A DNA stretch of 63,661 nt, counting the filler, from Octopus bimaculoides (lineage: Eukaryota), in assembly GCF_001194135.2 (NCBI RefSeq). It is 8 parts of 6 records of this genome, joined end to end, with 100 filler letters (N's around TTAATTAATTAA, not from the genome) between each part and the next. Parts side by side here need not be neighbours in the genome. Positions count along the whole stretch, not along the records: positions 11,624 to 25,414 come from NC_068981.1; positions 25,515 to 50,119 come from NC_068989.1; 6 more parts are not named here. The stretch is one strand, 5' to 3'. Shown here in pieces: positions 14,013-25,973 of the stretch. Numbering within the stretch: position 1 is the first letter of the stretch; every line of letters begins with the position of its first letter. The notes below the pieces were generated by a model, which had not been told where the DNA came from, ran no database searches, and was given only the letters and a program-made list of their open reading frames with translations. Made by a program: the position numbers and the translations under genes.

Positions 14013-14566
14013 GAGTGAGAGAGCAGTGCATGCCATCAAAGTGACACTGGGGTAAAATATACAAAGCCCATTATATCCATCATGCCCACCTGTCTGATAA
14101 GGGTACACCATGCACATGCATCACAACCATATGTGCGCGACATGGTGATCTCATATCAAGATAAACAGTGCATGACCTTGCAGGTGGGGCCCAGTTAGAA
14201 TTTTCTTCAGGTCGAGTAGCCCATACCGCTCAAAAGGTCCCTGAATAATGTTTGTTTAAGGATGTTGAGCAAAACACCCATGTTTCCAAAGGTGAATTAT
14301 TCAAACCCCAAAGAATTCCTCTCAACACATGGCTATGATGCTCCCCCATTACTTCTGCTCATGATCAGAGATGCACATATTGTCAGCCACCAAGGGACAT
14401 GCTCAACTGGTTAAGGTCAAACAACTGACAAGCAAATCTGTGGTATTGAGCAGAATATTTGCTGTAGCCCATCTTTTATACCAAGACAAAACAATGTACA
14501 TAATAACGCTTCCAATCAATTAAGATCAGAAGCCATGAGAGCCACTGCCTGGTACTACATCCGGGC
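14013..14566 (-). mobile_element. ~550-bp non-coding interspersed repeat embedded in (TAT)n; strand tentative
   Basis: Flanked by TAT repeats on both sides; ~140 bp is repeated near-identically at 38418-38558. Confidence 0.65.
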
Positions 14567-14599
14567 AATTATTATTATTATTGTTGTTGTTATTATTAT

Positions 14600-14952
14600 T
14601 ATTATTATTATTGCACTAAGCTGGCAGAATTGTTAGTATGCTGGGTGAAATGCTTAGCAGTATTTTGTCTGACTTTACGTTCTGAGTTCAAATTCCACTG
14701 AGGTCAACTTTACCTTTCATCCTTTCAGGGTCAATAAAATAAGTATCAGTACTGGGGTTGATGTAATCTACTAGTCCCCTCCCCTAAAATTTCAGACCTT
14801 GTGCCTATAGTAGAAAGGATTGTTATTATTATTTAAATTCCACTGAGGTCAACCTTGCCTTTCATCCTTTCAGGACAGATGAAATAAGCATCAGTTTAGC
14901 ACTAGCTTGTTCCCACAAAATTCCAGGCTTTGTGCCAGTAATAGAAAGGATT
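14600..14952 (+). mobile_element. Two tandem SINE family A copies, CpG-decayed
   Basis: Full copy ~14600-14822 and 3' half ~14835-14952. Confidence 0.8.
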
Positions 14953-15379
14953 ATTATTATTGTTGTTGTTGCTGTTGTTTTTATTATTATTCTTTGTACA
15001 CTTACCACTTCCATTGTGACCATTACCACCACCACCAGTACTCTTAGTAGTTAGCATAGTTAATTGTAATAGCAGTAGCAGCAGCAATAGTGGTGATAGC
15101 ATTATTACTTATAATAGTGTCAATATTAGTATCAGCATTCGTGTAAAAAGGAAATATCAGAGGAAGTAGTGGTAGATTTATTAGTATTCTATCTCTGTCA
15201 AGTATAGTTACATTCGGTTTAGTTTCAGTGCGTTTGTGCACTGTATTTTGTCTGTTGAATATATTTCTATTTTAGGTTAGTTATGTCTGTCATAAATGGG
15301 TATTTTAAAAATATTTTTGCATAGTGTTGTTTAAGTTCCTCAGTCATCCTATTTATCAGCAGCCTATCTACTTTGATTT

Positions 15380-16530
15380 GCTTTCTATGGCTGAGTGACC
15401 TTTTTGATACCAACAACTTTGCAAAGTGTATTGGGTGCTTTTTTTCTTTGCAGGGCAAAGGACAACCCACCTCAACAGAATGGCTATACCGTAAAATGAG
15501 AGGTGTCTTTATGCCATTTGTTGAAAGGCTGAAGTATGATAGAGGAACAGGTGTCTTGATGTGGTGGAAATACATGGCATTCCACATCATATAGTGATTA
15601 GTGGAAGTAGTTAGAAAGATTGATAAAATGAGGACATCGAATGGAATTCCTGCTTATAGCTTTCTTACATATTGAACTGGGCCATTTGTCTGAAGTGGGT
15701 AGGGTTCTGTCTGATCTCTTGCTTACCAGGACCTTGATCTTTGCTAAGTTAACTTTAAGACCTGGAATATCTTTTCTAATTCTGTTATAGATTCTGCTAT
15801 GAGAGCAAGATCATCAACATATAGTAGTTCCCATGGGCTCCAGTCTTAAATCCCTCTGTTATGACCTGAAGGACAATGATGACTAGGAGAGGGTTGAGGG
15901 CCAAGCCTTGGTGAACACCTACCTGTACATGACCTGTGCTGTTTCCACAAGCCATTCATCTACCCCTAGCTTTCTTTGAGACCACCATATTACAAGGCTT
16001 TCTCAAGTTCAACAAATGCCAAGTACAACAGCTTATTCTTAGCTAAATACCTCTCTTACAGTTGCCTGACTATGAAAATAGCATAAATAGTGCTTCTCCC
16101 CAGTGCAAAGCCAAACTACTTTTCAGCTAGTCTAATTCCATTCCAAATTGATTGGGCTATAACTCTCTCCATAACTTTCTTCTCTTGGTTCAGTTATTTG
16201 ATGCCTCTATTATTGCTTCTATCTAAGGTTTCCTGAATAACCTGGTTAACTAACTATACAGAGGACTAGACCATAGCCTACTCTACCAGATATTTTAAGC
16301 ATCTCAACAGTGATTATTGATAGACCAGGGGCTTTCCTTGTCTTCAGATACTCTACCATTCATTATCTACATCTAATAGCCTTTCATAGTAGCTCTTCCA
16401 TGTTTCTTTCTTTTCAGAGCCACTAAGTACAGCTTTCATTACATAAGAAACTCCCTTGTTTTCCATTACATTAATCACTGCTTTACTCTCTCTCCTCTTC
16501 ATCATTTCTACATCAATATCTATGAATGAT
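15380..16530 (-). mobile_element. RTE-clade LINE remnant (reverse transcriptase region and 3' end)
   Basis: Minus strand: WKSYYERLLDVDNEW, LYLAFVELEKA, LGVDEWLVE, WELLYVDDLALIAES; many stops and deletions. Confidence 0.85.
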
Positions 16531-17519
16531 CATTTTTTATAACTGAATTATGGTGAGATATATTTTTTTAATCCAACTTTTTTGGTTGTATCATTGCTAC
16601 TGTTATTATATTGTTCCATTTCTATTTTGTTTACCTTGAAATAAAATATTTTGCACCTTTACATGAAGTTTCAGGTTCTATTCTCAAGACCAGTTTCATT
16701 GGTCATTGTTTATCCTTCTGAGAAAATGAGTTTTATGCTTCATTACCATTGGTATTTTTATTGAGAAATAATTTGGGGATATCATCATATAGAGAGCTTT
16801 AAGTGAGGACCAACATAGCACTCAAGGTTATCATACACAATCCTTTTAAGATGAATTTTAAAGTTGTAAAGAGTAAACAGTGTTGCTCACGTCAAAAGAA
16901 AATATCATATATATATATATATATATATANNNNNNNNNNNNNNNNNNNNNNNNNNNNNNNNNNNNNNNNNNNNNNNNNNNNNNNNNNNNNNNNNNNNNNN
17001 NNNNNNNNNNNNNNNNNNNNNNNNNNNNNNNNNNNNNNNNNNNNNNNNNNNNNNNNNNNNNNNNNNNNNNNNNNNNNNNNNNNNNNNNNNNNNNNNNNNN
17101 NNNNNNNNNNNNNNNNNNNNNNNNNNNNNNNNNNNNNNNNNNNNNNNNNNNNNNNNNNNNNNNNNNNNNNNNNNNNNNNNNNNNNNNNNNNNNNNNNNNN
17201 NNNNNNNNNNNNNNNNNNNNNNNNNNNNNNNNNNNNNNNNNNNNNNNNNNNNNNNNNNNNNNNNNNNNNNNNNNNNNNNNNNNNNNNNNNNNNNNNNNNN
17301 NNNNNNNNNNNNNNNNNNNNNNNNNNNNNNNNNNNNNNNNNNNNNNNNNNNNNNNNTTATATATATATACATATCAATGAAAAATATTTCAATACAAAAG
17401 TATTAATTTCCAGTAAATATCGGTGCCTTGTTGTACCACTCTTCTGAATTTATATATATATACATACAAATAAATGCCAATTTTTGTGTTTCAGTAGTTA
17501 AACTGTTGATTTTCTTTAG

Positions 17520-17629
17520 CTCAGCATGAGCCACTTCTTGTTCAGATCTTATCACCTAATCTTGATGATGTGTCAGTTTTGAGTGCTGGACCTGCTCAGT
17601 TTGGTTACAATCTCAAGAATTCCTCACCA
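17520..17629 (+). CDS. EDEM3: EDEM3-like exon (just before PA domain)
   Basis: tttctttag acceptor (alternative tcag at 17524), gtaagt donor; encodes QHEPLLVQILSPNLDDVSVLSAGPAQFGYNLKNSSP, matching the EDEM3 motif VVLTAGPAQFG from recall. Confidence 0.88.
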
Positions 17630-18682
17630 GTAAGTTACCAGAACACATCTCTTTACTCTAATATTTATGCATGTGTTTATAACTATACTCAAATATGCTA
17701 TCAACTTTTACATATAAAATTCTTAAATTTGACATGTTTTTCTCATAATTATTGAAGTTTGTTATTTTTGCTACATATTTGAAGTACTAAAACTTTTAAA
17801 ATTCTATGAACATAATACTTTTGATTTTGGTTTTGTATTTTTTGTCATGCTGGCTGTTAAATATGTTGCATATAAATAAAAGAAAGACTGTATTTGAGCT
17901 AGAAATAGGCACTCATAAATTGAGAGAAGACTCGCGTTGGTCTTTGATTATGAACAATCTATGATTTGTACAATGACGTTAATATTGATAAGGAAGTCAA
18001 ACCATATTGTTTGCATTTTAATATTAAGACTATTAAAAACAAAACTACATTGTAATGTGTCATTAATGAAGTGAAAAATAGTTAAATTGCACTTTTGCTT
18101 ACTTATTTCACTTTCATTGCCCATGTAAGCAACTAGTCTCCAATAGTATTTAAATAACAAATTCTATTGATGTAAAAAAAATTCTCACATTATGTGCTGT
18201 GTAGAATTAAACATTGTTTCCAAGTAGTCTTATTCTCTTGAGTTACTTTCAGATACTGTAAAATATGGTGTCCTTATATCTGGTTGGTTATTGATCAACA
18301 TGATTTTTCTCAGATTTAGTTATTATATGAAGTGATAACTTTATGGTCTTTAACAGAATAAATCTTTCTGTTTAAGAGAAAATATTCTGTAAATTCACTC
18401 AGATGCAGTTAATCACATTTGAGTAGCTAGCTACAAAATGGCATCCAGATATTTATTTTAAAAAAGCATGCTATTAAAAACCAACAAAAATGCCCTTATT
18501 TACATTATTTGTATTTGACTGATATTTGTCCTCATCTTGTTTGTTGTTAACACGTTTCAGATGATATACCCTCCAGCCTTCATCAGGTGTCTGAAGGAAA
18601 TTTCGAACCTGGGTTCTCATTTGATGTTGTTGTTGTTCTTGTTCTTGTTCTTCTTGTTCTTCTTCTTCTTGTTCTTCTTCTT

Positions 18683-18712
<30 letters not shown>

Positions 18713-18715
<3 letters not shown>

Positions 18716-18995
18716 CTTTACTCTTTTACTTGTTTCAGTCATTTGACTGCGGCCATGCTGGAGCACTGCCTTTAGTCAAGCAAATCAATCCCAGGACTTA
18801 TTCTTTGGAAGCCTAGTACTTATTCTATCGGTCTCTTTTGCCAAACTGCTAAGTTACGGTGACGTAAACACACCACCATCGGTTGTCAAGCGATGGTGGA
18901 GGGACAAACACACACACACACACACACACACATGCACACACGCACATATATATATATATACAACAGGCTTCTTTCAGTTTCTGTCTACCAAATCC
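18713..18995 (-). mobile_element. SINE family B within left arm of the twin element
   Basis: Reverse complement of family B from tagacggaaactgaaagaagcc to gaaacaagtaaaagag tail. Confidence 0.8.
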
Positions 18996-19096
18996 ACGCT
19001 CATAACCACTACGCCATATGCCCATGGGCATATGGTGTAGTGGCTAAGAGCGCGAGCTACTAACTCCAAGATTCCTAGTTCGATTCCAGGCAGTGA

Positions 19097-19132
<36 letters not shown>

Positions 19133-19187
19133 TAATAATATAAAAAAATACCTTAGGAATGAGAACCCAGGTTCGAAATTTCCCCAA

Positions 19188-19233
19188 GACACCTGATGAA
19201 GGCTGAAGGGTGTATCAGCCGAAACATTGTGTT
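19188..19233 (+). ncRNA. Minimal type I hammerhead motif, CGTT mutated to CATT
   Basis: GACAC-CTGATGA-A-GGCTGA(agggtgta)TCAGCC-GAAA-CATT-GTGTT. Confidence 0.6.
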
Positions 19234-19745
19234 AACAACAAACAAGATGAGGACAAATATCCATCAAATGTAAATCATGTACATAATTCCTCATCTCTTA
19301 AATATAGAACTGTATTATAAAATGCCCTAATCTTCAGTAGAGATTATGTTGGCTACTGAGCAAACAGGGAAAGCAGTTTGATATTAGCTGTTGCTATAGA
19401 GTCTTTTTGAATGCAAATGAATCTTTGATACTGCTGTAAACCGACTTGAAATTCTTGGTGATACTGTTAAACTGTTGCAACATATATAGCAGGCAAGCTG
19501 TGATCTTATTTTAATAATAGCTGTTTCACAAGAATACTTTTATGGGAAGCATGAAACTTATAATTCCCATTTTCTTAAATCAATAAGTTTCATCACCTAT
19601 TATTGTATGGAATGCACATTAAACACAGCTGGCATAGAGGGGTGAATTAGAAATTAGAATCTAAGAAATTCTTACATGGATAAGATGCTATTGCTGTTTA
19701 TACATTCTTTTTTATTTAATCGTATTTCTTAATTATTTTCATTAG

Positions 19746-19865
19746 ATCCAAGGTCAGTTAATGCTTGCTGAGCCTTACAAAGCTTGTACACCTCTCACTA
19801 ATACAAGAAATATCAAAGGAAACATTGCTATCTTGGAAAGAGGAGAATGCATGTTTATCGAAAAG
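19746..19865 (+). CDS. EDEM3: EDEM3-like exon, PA domain
   Basis: attag acceptor, gtaat donor, 120 nt phase 0-0; IQGQLMLAEPYKACTPLTNTRNIKGNIAILERGECMFIEK, cf. EDEM3 GKIALIQRGQCMFAEK. Confidence 0.9.
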
Positions 19866-22153
19866 GTAATATTAATACCATTTTATGAACATATTTATTG
19901 CAATTTTTAGTTCTTCATAAATCATAATTCTCATTAGAACCTTCTCAGCTTATTTACTTGAAGCTTAAATCTAACAGTTTACATTATATACTAAATGTCT
20001 TGCAAACAACTCGCACATGCAAATGCTACTAGTCGAGAACTTCGCATACCGGAAGCCAGCAAATGTATGCGGTCATCAGGAGAGAATGCGTGCCGTTTCA
20101 GGGCCTACCTCTTCACAGCATTAATGCACACTGCCCCCCCCCTCACTGATATGAGGCCCTGCTTGCTAGATCAACTGGTTATTAAAAACAAAGCTCAATA
20201 TTTCTCTAGCCATCGCTCATCATCTCTTTTTAACCAAATCCAGTGGCCAGCCTTCTCCACCGTATTTTGGATATCACTCATGGAGGTATTTACCTTACAA
20301 TGAGTTAGGCCTAACGATAACAGCAGTCGTCTCACACTGTGTCCTACAAACCCTCTACATCCAACATACTAAACATTACTGGCCTAAGTTTTACAGCTCT
20401 CTCTTAACAGAATCCAAAATCCAATTCTAATACAAGATCATTATTTTTCAAGGGAAAAAAGCCCTAAATTGTGCCATGTACCTAAGTATTATTATCAAAA
20501 ATAAAATGAAATGTGAGGATTCAATTTTACAAAAAAATCTATCTATATTTGTTATTAAACAGAAAAATAATGGGATTTCAAAATAAAGTTTGCTTACTAA
20601 AATTATGAGGAATTCAATAAGATTTTATTTTTCAAATAGAAATCATACTAAGACAGTTTTTTTTTTTTAATTCAAATTATCAATCGAAGTGTCTTTTGTT
20701 TAAAGTTTTAGTTTGTTTTTAAAAATTGCTTCAGAAGCACACATCAAAAATATTATTCTGATTTCAGAGATTTTTCTACATTTCCTTTAACCATTTCATT
20801 ACTGTATTTATTTTAAGATGCTCTATGTTTCTTTCAATTACTTTAGATATAACAAAGAATTTAGTAAAATGACTTAGTTATCATTAAGCTAGTGTTAGAA
20901 ACATAAATTGTGACTAAGGTTTGGTGGAACATTTTAACTGAAAACTTATGAAAGCAAGACATTTGTCCTCAGAGCCAGTTTCAGAATAAATGTGAATGTT
21001 TTTGATTAAACTCAGCCATAAGCATTATACAGTAAATAAACATACCATTTTGTGATAAGTTTTGGTTCTAAAGATATTCTCTTGTAAAATTCATTCTCCA
21101 AAAATGCATATAGATGTCCAAATTCAGTTACAAAAGATGCAATAACTTGCATCTTACAAACATAAATGCCAAACAAATTGTATCTAATAAAATGATGAAG
21201 TAATTAAAAATACTAAATTGACAATGAAATTAAATATTCCAAACTGTACAGCTGAACTTACAATGTTCGTCACATTTCTGAAAATTATAAGTATTTTTGT
21301 TTGCATGTGAAACTGTAAAACTTCTATATTATTAATTTTTTTCCAGTTGTGAAAAACGTTTTGTTGATAATTTGATAATTGTCATTAAGTTTGATTATAT
21401 TTGCTTTAAAAAGTATTTCATTAGTTATTCTGTTTTAAAATAAATGTGTAAATAGCTTTGTTGACAAACACAAAGCTGGCTGGAATTAGAAAAAAAATAT
21501 AAGAAACCACCTAGAGATCAGGCTTGCTTGTCAGAATGATGATATAGGACTTCATTTTGAAATAGTTTATTTCTACTGTTGTAGCCAACAGAAAATCTAT
21601 CAGCAACCATAGAGGCGATTGAGAGTAGTAGAGAGATGAACAAAAATCATAGCAACATCAACAAAAGCACTTTCCATCTCTAAGGAATCAGCAATGCAGT
21701 ATCCATTACTGAAGCACATTTGTGCCACCTACGATGTGTCAACTATGAAGAAATATAATGAGAATGTACAAAAAGGAAGTATACCAGCTACCATCTAAGT
21801 TTTAGCAAGAAGATACAACCAGATGAATATCAAAATGATGCTTGTTTGCTCAAGCTAGAGTCATTGAAACAACCTAATTTAATAATAAAAATGCATTTTA
21901 AAAAAGGCAAAATATTTTAAGTTGAGAATGTTAATTCTTAAAGTGGAAGTTTTTTTTGTTTTTTTTTATATTAAAATTTAAATACTGATGTAGTTAATAT
22001 TTTTCATTTTAAAAAGGGAAATAAGTATTTGTTTCTATTGTGTTTTGGGTATTTCAGATATTCATTACTTAATCTAAAAATTTATACATACTTAGAACAG
22101 TATTTTCATTAGAATGTTCATTTAAAATGTTTTTGTTGACATTTTCATTTTAG

Positions 22154-22199
22154 GCAACTAATGTGGAAATGGCTGGCGCAATAGGTGGAATTGTTATTG
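22154..22199 (+). CDS. EDEM3: EDEM3-like exon, PA domain
   Basis: ttttag acceptor, gtaagt donor, 46 nt; ATNVEMAGAIGGIVI, cf. EDEM3 ARNIQNAGAIGGIVID; in frame with previous exon. Confidence 0.9.
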
Positions 22200-22544
22200 G
22201 TAAGTTTCAACATTTTAGCTTTTACCTGAAATTCCGTCAGCATATTTTCACATATTTTTTTTCTGTTGGTGATACTTCAGCATATAGAAGTTTTTTCTTC
22301 TTCAAGTATAGTATGGGCAAAGGTAATAGGATATATCATAAATTTTAAAACTGGAATGGTACCTTCAAAAATTATTACATTAGCAGTAATGACAGAGAAT
22401 GCAGTTTGACTTCACTCTATGATAAAAAGGTTGTCAGTTATTGCCACACAAATACCCCCCCCCCCCATATGCACACACACACACACACATAATTGTCAAG
22501 CTATTCTATGTGTCTGAAATTTTTCTTAAACTGAATTCATCATC

Positions 22545-22812
22545 ATTATCATCATCACCGTTTAACGTCAGCTTTCTATGCTGGCATGGGTTGGATGGTT
22601 TAACTGAGGACTGGTAAGCCAGGAGGCTGCACCAGGCTCCAATCTGATCTGGCAAGGTTTCTACAGCTGGATGCCCTTCCTAACACCAATCACTCGATGA
22701 GTGTAGTGGGTGCTTTTTATGTGCTACTGGCATGGGGGCCAGTCAGGCAGCACTGGCATCGACCACACTCGAATAGTGCTTTTTACATGCCACTTGCACA
22801 GGAACCAGTCAG
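22545..22812 (-). mobile_element. RTE-LINE 3' UTR fragment
   Basis: Shares ggaagggcatccagctgtagaaac ... gcatggaaagcggacgttaaacgatgatg-type tail with 25045-25414. Confidence 0.7.
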
Positions 22813-23633
22813 ATACTATGAAGACTTAATTAGCTCCAAATTGCATTAGCCCATAAAGAGGTTTACATCTAAAAAGTCTATGATTGCTGTATTGAAGCAC
22901 TGTCCTGGCACTTCTAATATCACCACAGATAAACTATCTTGATCCATTCCTTTCACCTTGGAATGAATTTGGATACCTACCTCTAAATCATTTATCCACA
23001 TTGTTATATTCACTAACAACTCTGAGCACTACAAATAAACTGACATACACTCAAACTTGGATTTCTCTTTATCTTAGCCAGCATAAAATGCTATCCTCTT
23101 CTTAAAATCCAATGTGGAAGACATCTACATTCTTTTCACTTATTTCTCTTATCTTCCCGGGCTACCTGCCAGTTTGCATTGCTTTTTTTGTTTTATTTTT
23201 TTAACCCTGGATACATGTTTATATCCATGTTCACATGCTTGTGTGCATATGCAAGTATCGTGACATAAAGAGTTAGGAGATCTAATGCTACCACATGATT
23301 CTTTCAACAGAGTTCATTTGATTACAGGTACTTGGGCCAAACTCTTGTACCCTCCCCATACACGTATTCCTGTAGGTGTTCAGATTGGGTATCAACTGCA
23401 TCTTTTTTCATTAGTCTGTGAAAACAGAAAAACCATGGGCAGTATTGTTTGACTTATATGGGAGTTTTACAGTAACTGATCCTTATGACCATTTCCTTTT
23501 CTTGTCATATCCTTATTTTCTCCTCCCTTCCCCCAAACCACACATCCAACATACTCCTTTGCTATCCATTGTTACTTCCTATTTGTGTATATCTAGGTAT
23601 ATATATATACCTATCTATCTATCTATCTATCTA

Positions 23634-23709
<76 letters not shown>

Positions 23710-24452
23710 NNNNNNNNNNNNNNNNNNNNNNNNNNNNNNNNNNNNNNNNNNNNNNNNNNNNNNNNNNNNNNNNNNNNNNNNNNNNNNNNNNNNNNNNNNN
23801 NNNNNNNNNNNNNNNNNNNNNNNNNNNNNNNNNNNNNNNNNNNNNNNNNNNNNNNNNNNNNNNNNNNNNNNNNNNNNNNNNNNNNNNNNNNNNNNNNNNN
23901 NNNNNNNNNNNNNNNNNNNNNNNNNNNNNNNNNNNNNNNNNNNNNNNNNNNNNNNNNNNNNNNNNNNNNNNNNNNNNNNNNNNNNNNNNNNNNNNNNNNN
24001 NNNNNNNNNNNNNNNNNNNNNNNNNNNNNNNNNNNNNNNNNNNNNNNNNNNNNNNNNNNNNNNNNNNNNNNNNNNNNNNNNNNNNNNNNNNNNNNNNNNN
24101 NNNNNNNNNNNNNNNNNNNNNNNNNNNNNNNNNNNNNNNNNNNNNNNNNNNNNNNNNNNNNNNNNNNNNNNNNNNNNNNNNNNNNNNNNNNNNNNNNNNN
24201 NNNNNNNNNNNNNNNNNNNNNNNNNNNNNNNNNNNNNNNNNNNNNNNNNNNNNNNNNNNNNNNNNNNNNNNNNNNNNNNNNNNNNNNNNNNNNNNNNNNN
24301 NNNNNNNNNNNNNNNNNNNNNNNNNNNNNNNNNNNNNNNNNNNNNNNNNNNNNNNNNACATTAATCCCTATTTTTGTAAACAATTGTATCCATAAAAATT
24401 TTATTTGCAGAGAGCAGAAATTGAAAGAAGATATATGAAATGGACATGTATG

Positions 24453-24484
<32 letters not shown>

Positions 24485-25044
24485 ATGCATGCTTGTGCAT
24501 GTATATGTATTTATGATAGTTGATTTATGGAAAAGATTATGCTAAATTTTTGAAATGCAAATATGTGAATGAAAAGTTCAGACGTCTACATGGTAGCTAG
24601 ACCTGGTAGAAATAGCAGCCAAATCTCCCTCAAAACACCCTACTGTCTTAATCACACAATTTTGCCTATTATGTAATTTCAATGAGAAACTGTAACTAAA
24701 GATTAAAATTATTAACCCCACAAAGAGGTGAATGAAGAGAGACAGCATAGCGAAAGTTTTGGCTGACTGTCATCCTGTACTCACCTTGTTGCTAGCGAAA
24801 TGGTCTATGCCAGCTGTGTGAGCAACTGGTTGTTTTAATGGCAGAACAAACAGGGGAATTCCATTAGAATAAGTTTTAATTGATTTTCTTGGTAACTATG
24901 GGGGCTAGGAAAAAATACAAACCGTATTCCAATATATGCACTTGTCTCCACATGTGTGCCATTTTTCACGCGAATCCACCCAGCCATTTGGCTGTAAACC
25001 TCAAGACAAGAAAGAATACAACGGTTGCCCATGTCCAATTTATA

Positions 25045-25414
25045 TTATCATCATCATCATCGTTTAACGTCCGCTTTCCATGCTAGCATGGATTGGACGA
25101 TTTGACTGAGGACTGGTGAAACCGGAAGGCAACACCAGGCTCCAATCTAATTTGGCAGAGTTTCTACAGCTGGATGCCCTTCCTAAAGCCAACCACTCAG
25201 AGAGTGTAGTGGGTGCTTTTACGTGTCACCCACAAGAAGGCCAGTGAGGCAGTACTGGCAATGGCCACGCTCAAAATGGTGTATTTTATGTGCCACCCGC
25301 ACAAGAGCCAGTCCAGGGGCACTGCCAACGATCTCGATCGAAAATCCTACGAAGGCCAGTCAGGCGGTACTGGCAACGGTCACGCTCAAAATGGTGTATT
25401 TTATGTGCCACCCG
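25045..25414 (-). mobile_element. RTE-LINE 3' UTR with internal ~115-bp tandem unit
   Basis: Unit gaaggccagt...tgtgccacccg at 25236 and 25351; the same sequence follows the RTE stop codon at ~52190. Confidence 0.75.
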
Positions 25415-25514
25415 NNNNNNNNNNNNNNNNNNNNNNNNNNNNNNNNNNNNNNNNNNNNTTAATTAATTAANNNNNNNNNNNNNNNNNNNNNNNNNNNNNN
25501 NNNNNNNNNNNNNN

Positions 25515-25546
<32 letters not shown>

Positions 25547-25657
25547 ATAATTTTATAACTTTGTTAAACCGAAAGGCAATTTTGTTAAACCGAAGAGCAA
25601 AAATAAAAATAGTACCGCAGCTGGAAGTGTTCAGGTAACACCGAGGCGAAAGGAGAA

Positions 25658-25888
25658 ATAAATTGAAAGGTATAATGAATAAACACTCCAATCAGTCAAA
25701 AAAACTTTATATCATTCCCAAATTACCAAAAATCAAATATAAATATATATTAAAATAATAGGGCACCAATGGGTTTTACCACTGTGTACCCTATTATTTT
25801 AATATATATTCAATTTTTGATAATTTGGGAATGATATAAAGTTGTTTTGACTGTTTGTAGTGTTTATTCATTATACCTTTCAATTTAT
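25658..25888. repeat. AT-rich palindrome, ~105-bp arms, 19-nt loop
   Basis: ataaattgaaaggtataatgaataaacact...aataatagggcac / gtaccctattatt...agtgtttattcattatacctttcaatttat. Confidence 0.85.
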
Positions 25889-25892
25889 ATAT

Positions 25893-25973
25893 GTGGGGTA
25901 GTTTAGCTTAATCGGTCAAAGCATCGTGACGCGTAATCACGGGGATGTGAGTTCGAGTCCACAGCTAGCCACC
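25893..25973 (+). tRNA. tRNA-like sequence (Thr-CGT-like; pseudo-tRNA or tRNA-derived element)
   Basis: A-box-like tagcttaatcgg, anticodon arm CGTGA-CGCGTAA-TCACG, B-box gagttcgagtcc, 3' ctagccacc; imperfect acceptor and T stems, G at position 33; oligo-T follows at ~25979. Confidence 0.5.

Larger units (their letters stand above)
18497..19318. mobile_element. Head-to-head twin tRNA-head / hammerhead element, copy 1 (left arm interrupted by a SINE B)
   Basis: Junction ctacgccatatgccc-at-gggcatatggtgtag at 19021-19029; inverted arms; 10-bp direct repeat aaaatgccct at 18487-18496 and 19319-19328. Confidence 0.8.
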
